Source: Promethearchaeota archaeon
GTDB taxonomy: Archaea; Asgardarchaeota; Lokiarchaeia; Sigyniarchaeales; SOKP01
DNA length: 50,682 bases
NCBI GenBank assembly: GCA_016839585.1
Contig: JAEOTZ010000059.1
Coordinates: 1 to 50,682 of the forward strand
Reading direction: 5' to 3'
Shown: positions 48,665-50,682 of the stretch, in pieces
How positions within the stretch are numbered: the stretch's first letter is position 1
Layout of the letters: each line of letters starts with the position of its first letter
Program-made: the position numbers and the translations under genes
Notes under the pieces: generated by a model
The model's input: only the letters and a program-made list of their open reading frames with translations
What the model was told of the DNA's origin: nothing
Database searches by the model: none

Positions 48665-49378
48665 ATGGGTATTCGGAAGATTGAAGACGAGATTGACTTA
48701 AGAGAAGCAATGAAGAAAAAAGCTGCTGAGATAAAAATGAAGGACATGCAAGCTAAAGCTGCTGTTGAAAAGTTTACAAAAGATCGATTAAGAGAATTAG
48801 CTAAAAAACATGGGATTTTATTAGCTCTAACTCCTGAATTAAGAGAGGAAGTTAAAAAACTGCAGAAGAAGTATAACATTCCCTCTTCAAAAATTATAAC
48901 TGAGCAAATAACTGAGCATGATGTTTTAAAAAAGTTTTCAAAAATTGATTATCAGAAATTAGGGATGTTAGCATACCAGAGGGTATTAATGGCTAAAGAA
49001 GAAACTGGAGGGATAATTCCACTATTAGAAGTTTTTGATTTAGTTAATACTGGAATATTAAAGGGTAATATGGAGATTAAGGATATAGAAAAAGCCATGA
49101 AACTCATGAAGAAAGAACGAGCAATTGAAGATGTTTACCAATTGGAAACTGGAACAGTCATAATTAGATTTTTCCCTATTCAATATACTGATGATGAAGC
49201 TAAGGTAATTGAATTAGCAAAACAAAAAGATTATCTTACAATTGAGGATGTGTGTGTAAATTTAGATTGGTCCCAAGATCGTGCTCTAAGAGCATTAGAT
49301 TCACTCGAAAAGAGCGGGATGGCAAAATTTAGAGAATCTGTGCTTACAGGAAAACAGTGGTTTTTCCCATCGTTATAA
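48665..49378 (+). CDS. ESCRT-II Vps22/Vps36-like (EAP30 domain) protein
   Basis: Y.KLG...GGIIPL.EV; C-terminal winged helix LDWSQDRA.RAL..LE..G.A...QWFFP; adjacent to vps25 and vps4. Confidence 0.82.
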   Translation: MGIRKIEDEIDLREAMKKKAAEIKMKDMQAKAAVEKFTKDRLRELAKKHGILLALTPELREEVKKLQKKYNIPSSKIITEQITEHDVLKKFSKIDYQKLGMLAYQRVLMAKEETGGIIPLLEVFDLVNTGILKGNMEIKDIEKAMKLMKKERAIEDVYQLETGTVIIRFFPIQYTDDEAKVIELAKQKDYLTIEDVCVNLDWSQDRALRALDSLEKSGMAKFRESVLTGKQWFFPSL

Positions 49379-49390
49379 TTTTCTTGTTTT

Positions 49391-50305
49391 TTACTCTAAT
49401 GTTATTTTTAAGGCTATTTGCCCATCTTCCAACTTAAAAATCTTAGCTTTGCGATTCTTTACTAATATTCTAAAAATTTCTTCCAAATCTTCTAGAGGAA
49501 GATTACTAAAATCTTCAGATTTTGCTTCTCTGATTTCATAGATCATTATAGGTTCTAATCTTCCTTGTTGATAAGCCCATTTATAAATTTCGACTGAAAA
49601 TAATTCAAGCGACTTCCAATAAACCCGTAATTGATTTTTTTTCTTTGTTATCCACTTTGCTTGATTTCTATTCACTAACTCTTCTGCAATTTCTCTTATA
49701 TTCACTTCTCGATTGGAAAAATTTGAAAATGGTTTTTCAGAATTAAGATTTCTAATATATAAAATATGTAGAACGGTAAATCTAGCATAATCAAAAAGTA
49801 CTTTTGCCCATTCAGTTTTCCACGAGGTGTAATCAGTTAGATTTTTTTTCTTGTTTGGCATTGTGTACATGAATTTTTTTCTTTCTTCTTCAAGCCAAGG
49901 ATAAGCTTGTAATAATTTTTCATAAGGCGATAATTCTTTTACGATGAGTCCTTCTTCCCCTACTATTTCTTCTTCAAGGATTTGGAGTTCTGATTCTATC
50001 TGCTTAGCTTGTTGTTTGAATGCTTTATGATCTATCTCCCCTAAGTCAGAGCTCAATAAATCTTCGATTTTTTCGAAACTATCTTCTAAATATTTTAAAG
50101 CATCAAATTCTACATTATAAGTTTCGAGTTCTTCCTTTTGTTTTTCAACAACTTCTTCTTTCGATTTTCTTTGCTCTATTTGTTCTTTTTGTTTCTTTAA
50201 CTTTCTTAATCTTGTTAATTCATTTCTTAATTCTTCTAATTCTTTTTCTGCTTTTTCTTTAAGCTCTTTTGGAACTTCTTCCGGTTTTTCTCTTTGTCTT
50301 TCCAT
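49391..50305 (-). CDS. vps25: ESCRT-II Vps25-like protein with an N-terminal coiled-coil extension
   Basis: W...W.KVL.DY and PF.N...IAEEL....AKW......VYWKS.E....IYKW...G match the Vps25 double winged helix. Confidence 0.82.
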   Translation of the reverse strand: MERQREKPEEVPKELKEKAEKELEELRNELTRLRKLKKQKEQIEQRKSKEEVVEKQKEELETYNVEFDALKYLEDSFEKIEDLLSSDLGEIDHKAFKQQAKQIESELQILEEEIVGEEGLIVKELSPYEKLLQAYPWLEEERKKFMYTMPNKKKNLTDYTSWKTEWAKVLFDYARFTVLHILYIRNLNSEKPFSNFSNREVNIREIAEELVNRNQAKWITKKKNQLRVYWKSLELFSVEIYKWAYQQGRLEPIMIYEIREAKSEDFSNLPLEDLEEIFRILVKNRKAKIFKLEDGQIALKITLE

Positions 50306-50320
50306 TTTTACTCTTTAATT

Positions 50321-50682
50321 TTATATTTCTCCAAATTCTTCTGCCCAATCGTTATATTGCTTTAATAATACTTTATTTGTCATTGGTTTAACTTTTTTAA
50401 GTGTTTTCTTGAAATCTTTCAATGTTATATCTCGAACTTTAACCTCTTTCTCAGAATCCTCTAATAGACCACTCATATCTAATTCTCGAACTGGTAACAT
50501 AATTACTTCGCGACATATATTAGCAATATCTCTTCCAGAGTATCCATCAGTTCTCACAGCTAGTTCAATAAAATCTTCATCTGAGAGTGCAGAATTCACA
50601 CCTTCAGTGTGGATTTCAAATATTCCGGCTCTAGCTTTCAAATCTGGAAGAGGTACCTGCACTCTTTTTTCAAATCTACTTA
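50321..50682 (-). CDS. vps4: Vps4-like AAA+ ATPase, C-terminal part (5' end lies outside the window)
   Basis: SRFEKRV.VPLPD..AR, TDGYSGRDI, and the C-terminal Y.DW.EEFG helix; frame open to the window edge; sits next to the ESCRT-II genes. Confidence 0.88.
   Translation of the reverse strand, partial: SRFEKRVQVPLPDLKARAGIFEIHTEGVNSALSDEDFIELAVRTDGYSGRDIANICREVIMLPVRELDMSGLLEDSEKEVKVRDITLKDFKKTLKKVKPMTNKVLLKQYNDWAEEFGEI

Noticed and set aside
2785-50262. Remaining short ORFs nested in or antisense to long genes (e.g. 8418-8735, 16332-16628, 29507-29848, 32286-32642, 40193-40561)
   Set aside because: Fully overlap well-supported CDSs and show no independent motifs
1-50682. CRISPR array, IS element, integrase, tRNA or rRNA
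   Set aside because: No regularly spaced repeats, transposase or integrase motifs, or tRNA/rRNA signatures were seen

Overview
This is an AT-rich (roughly 30% GC by eye) chromosomal window, almost certainly from an Asgard archaeon of the Lokiarchaeia/Promethearchaeota. The assignment rests on an ESCRT locus (Vps22/36-like, Vps25-like and a partial Vps4), a Rab-like small GTPase, longin-type domains, a Loki-CTERM sorting tail and an archaeal-type SRP RNA. Metabolic and housekeeping genes include a korC-korD-korA-korB-hdrA run, three URO-D/MtaA-family proteins, two Ldh_2 dehydrogenases, glycogen phosphorylase, acyl-CoA ligase, MtnA, Dus, NOP2, NIP7 and CyaB. No transposase, integrase, CRISPR array, tRNA or rRNA was seen. 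Five things stand out. (1) A regulatory module at 11.5-14.8 kb: a tandem winged-helix+TPR protein, a four-part CTCCAA/TTGGAG palindrome, a leader hairpin and a divergent operon. Two small genes in that operon are missed by the ORF track because they start at CTG inside an identical 15-bp motif. (2) The same longin-like domain is fused once to a TPR solenoid next to the Rab-like GTPase and once to a 7TM membrane domain next to a winged-helix regulator, which suggests a modular sensor-to-GTPase signalling kit. (3) Several genes probably use non-AUG starts (CTG, ATA, ATT). (4) A surface beta-propeller gene carries a homopolymer frameshift plus an in-frame TGA. (5) The SRP RNA shows no obvious helix 1. 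All functional calls come from motif recognition by eye; no searches were run.
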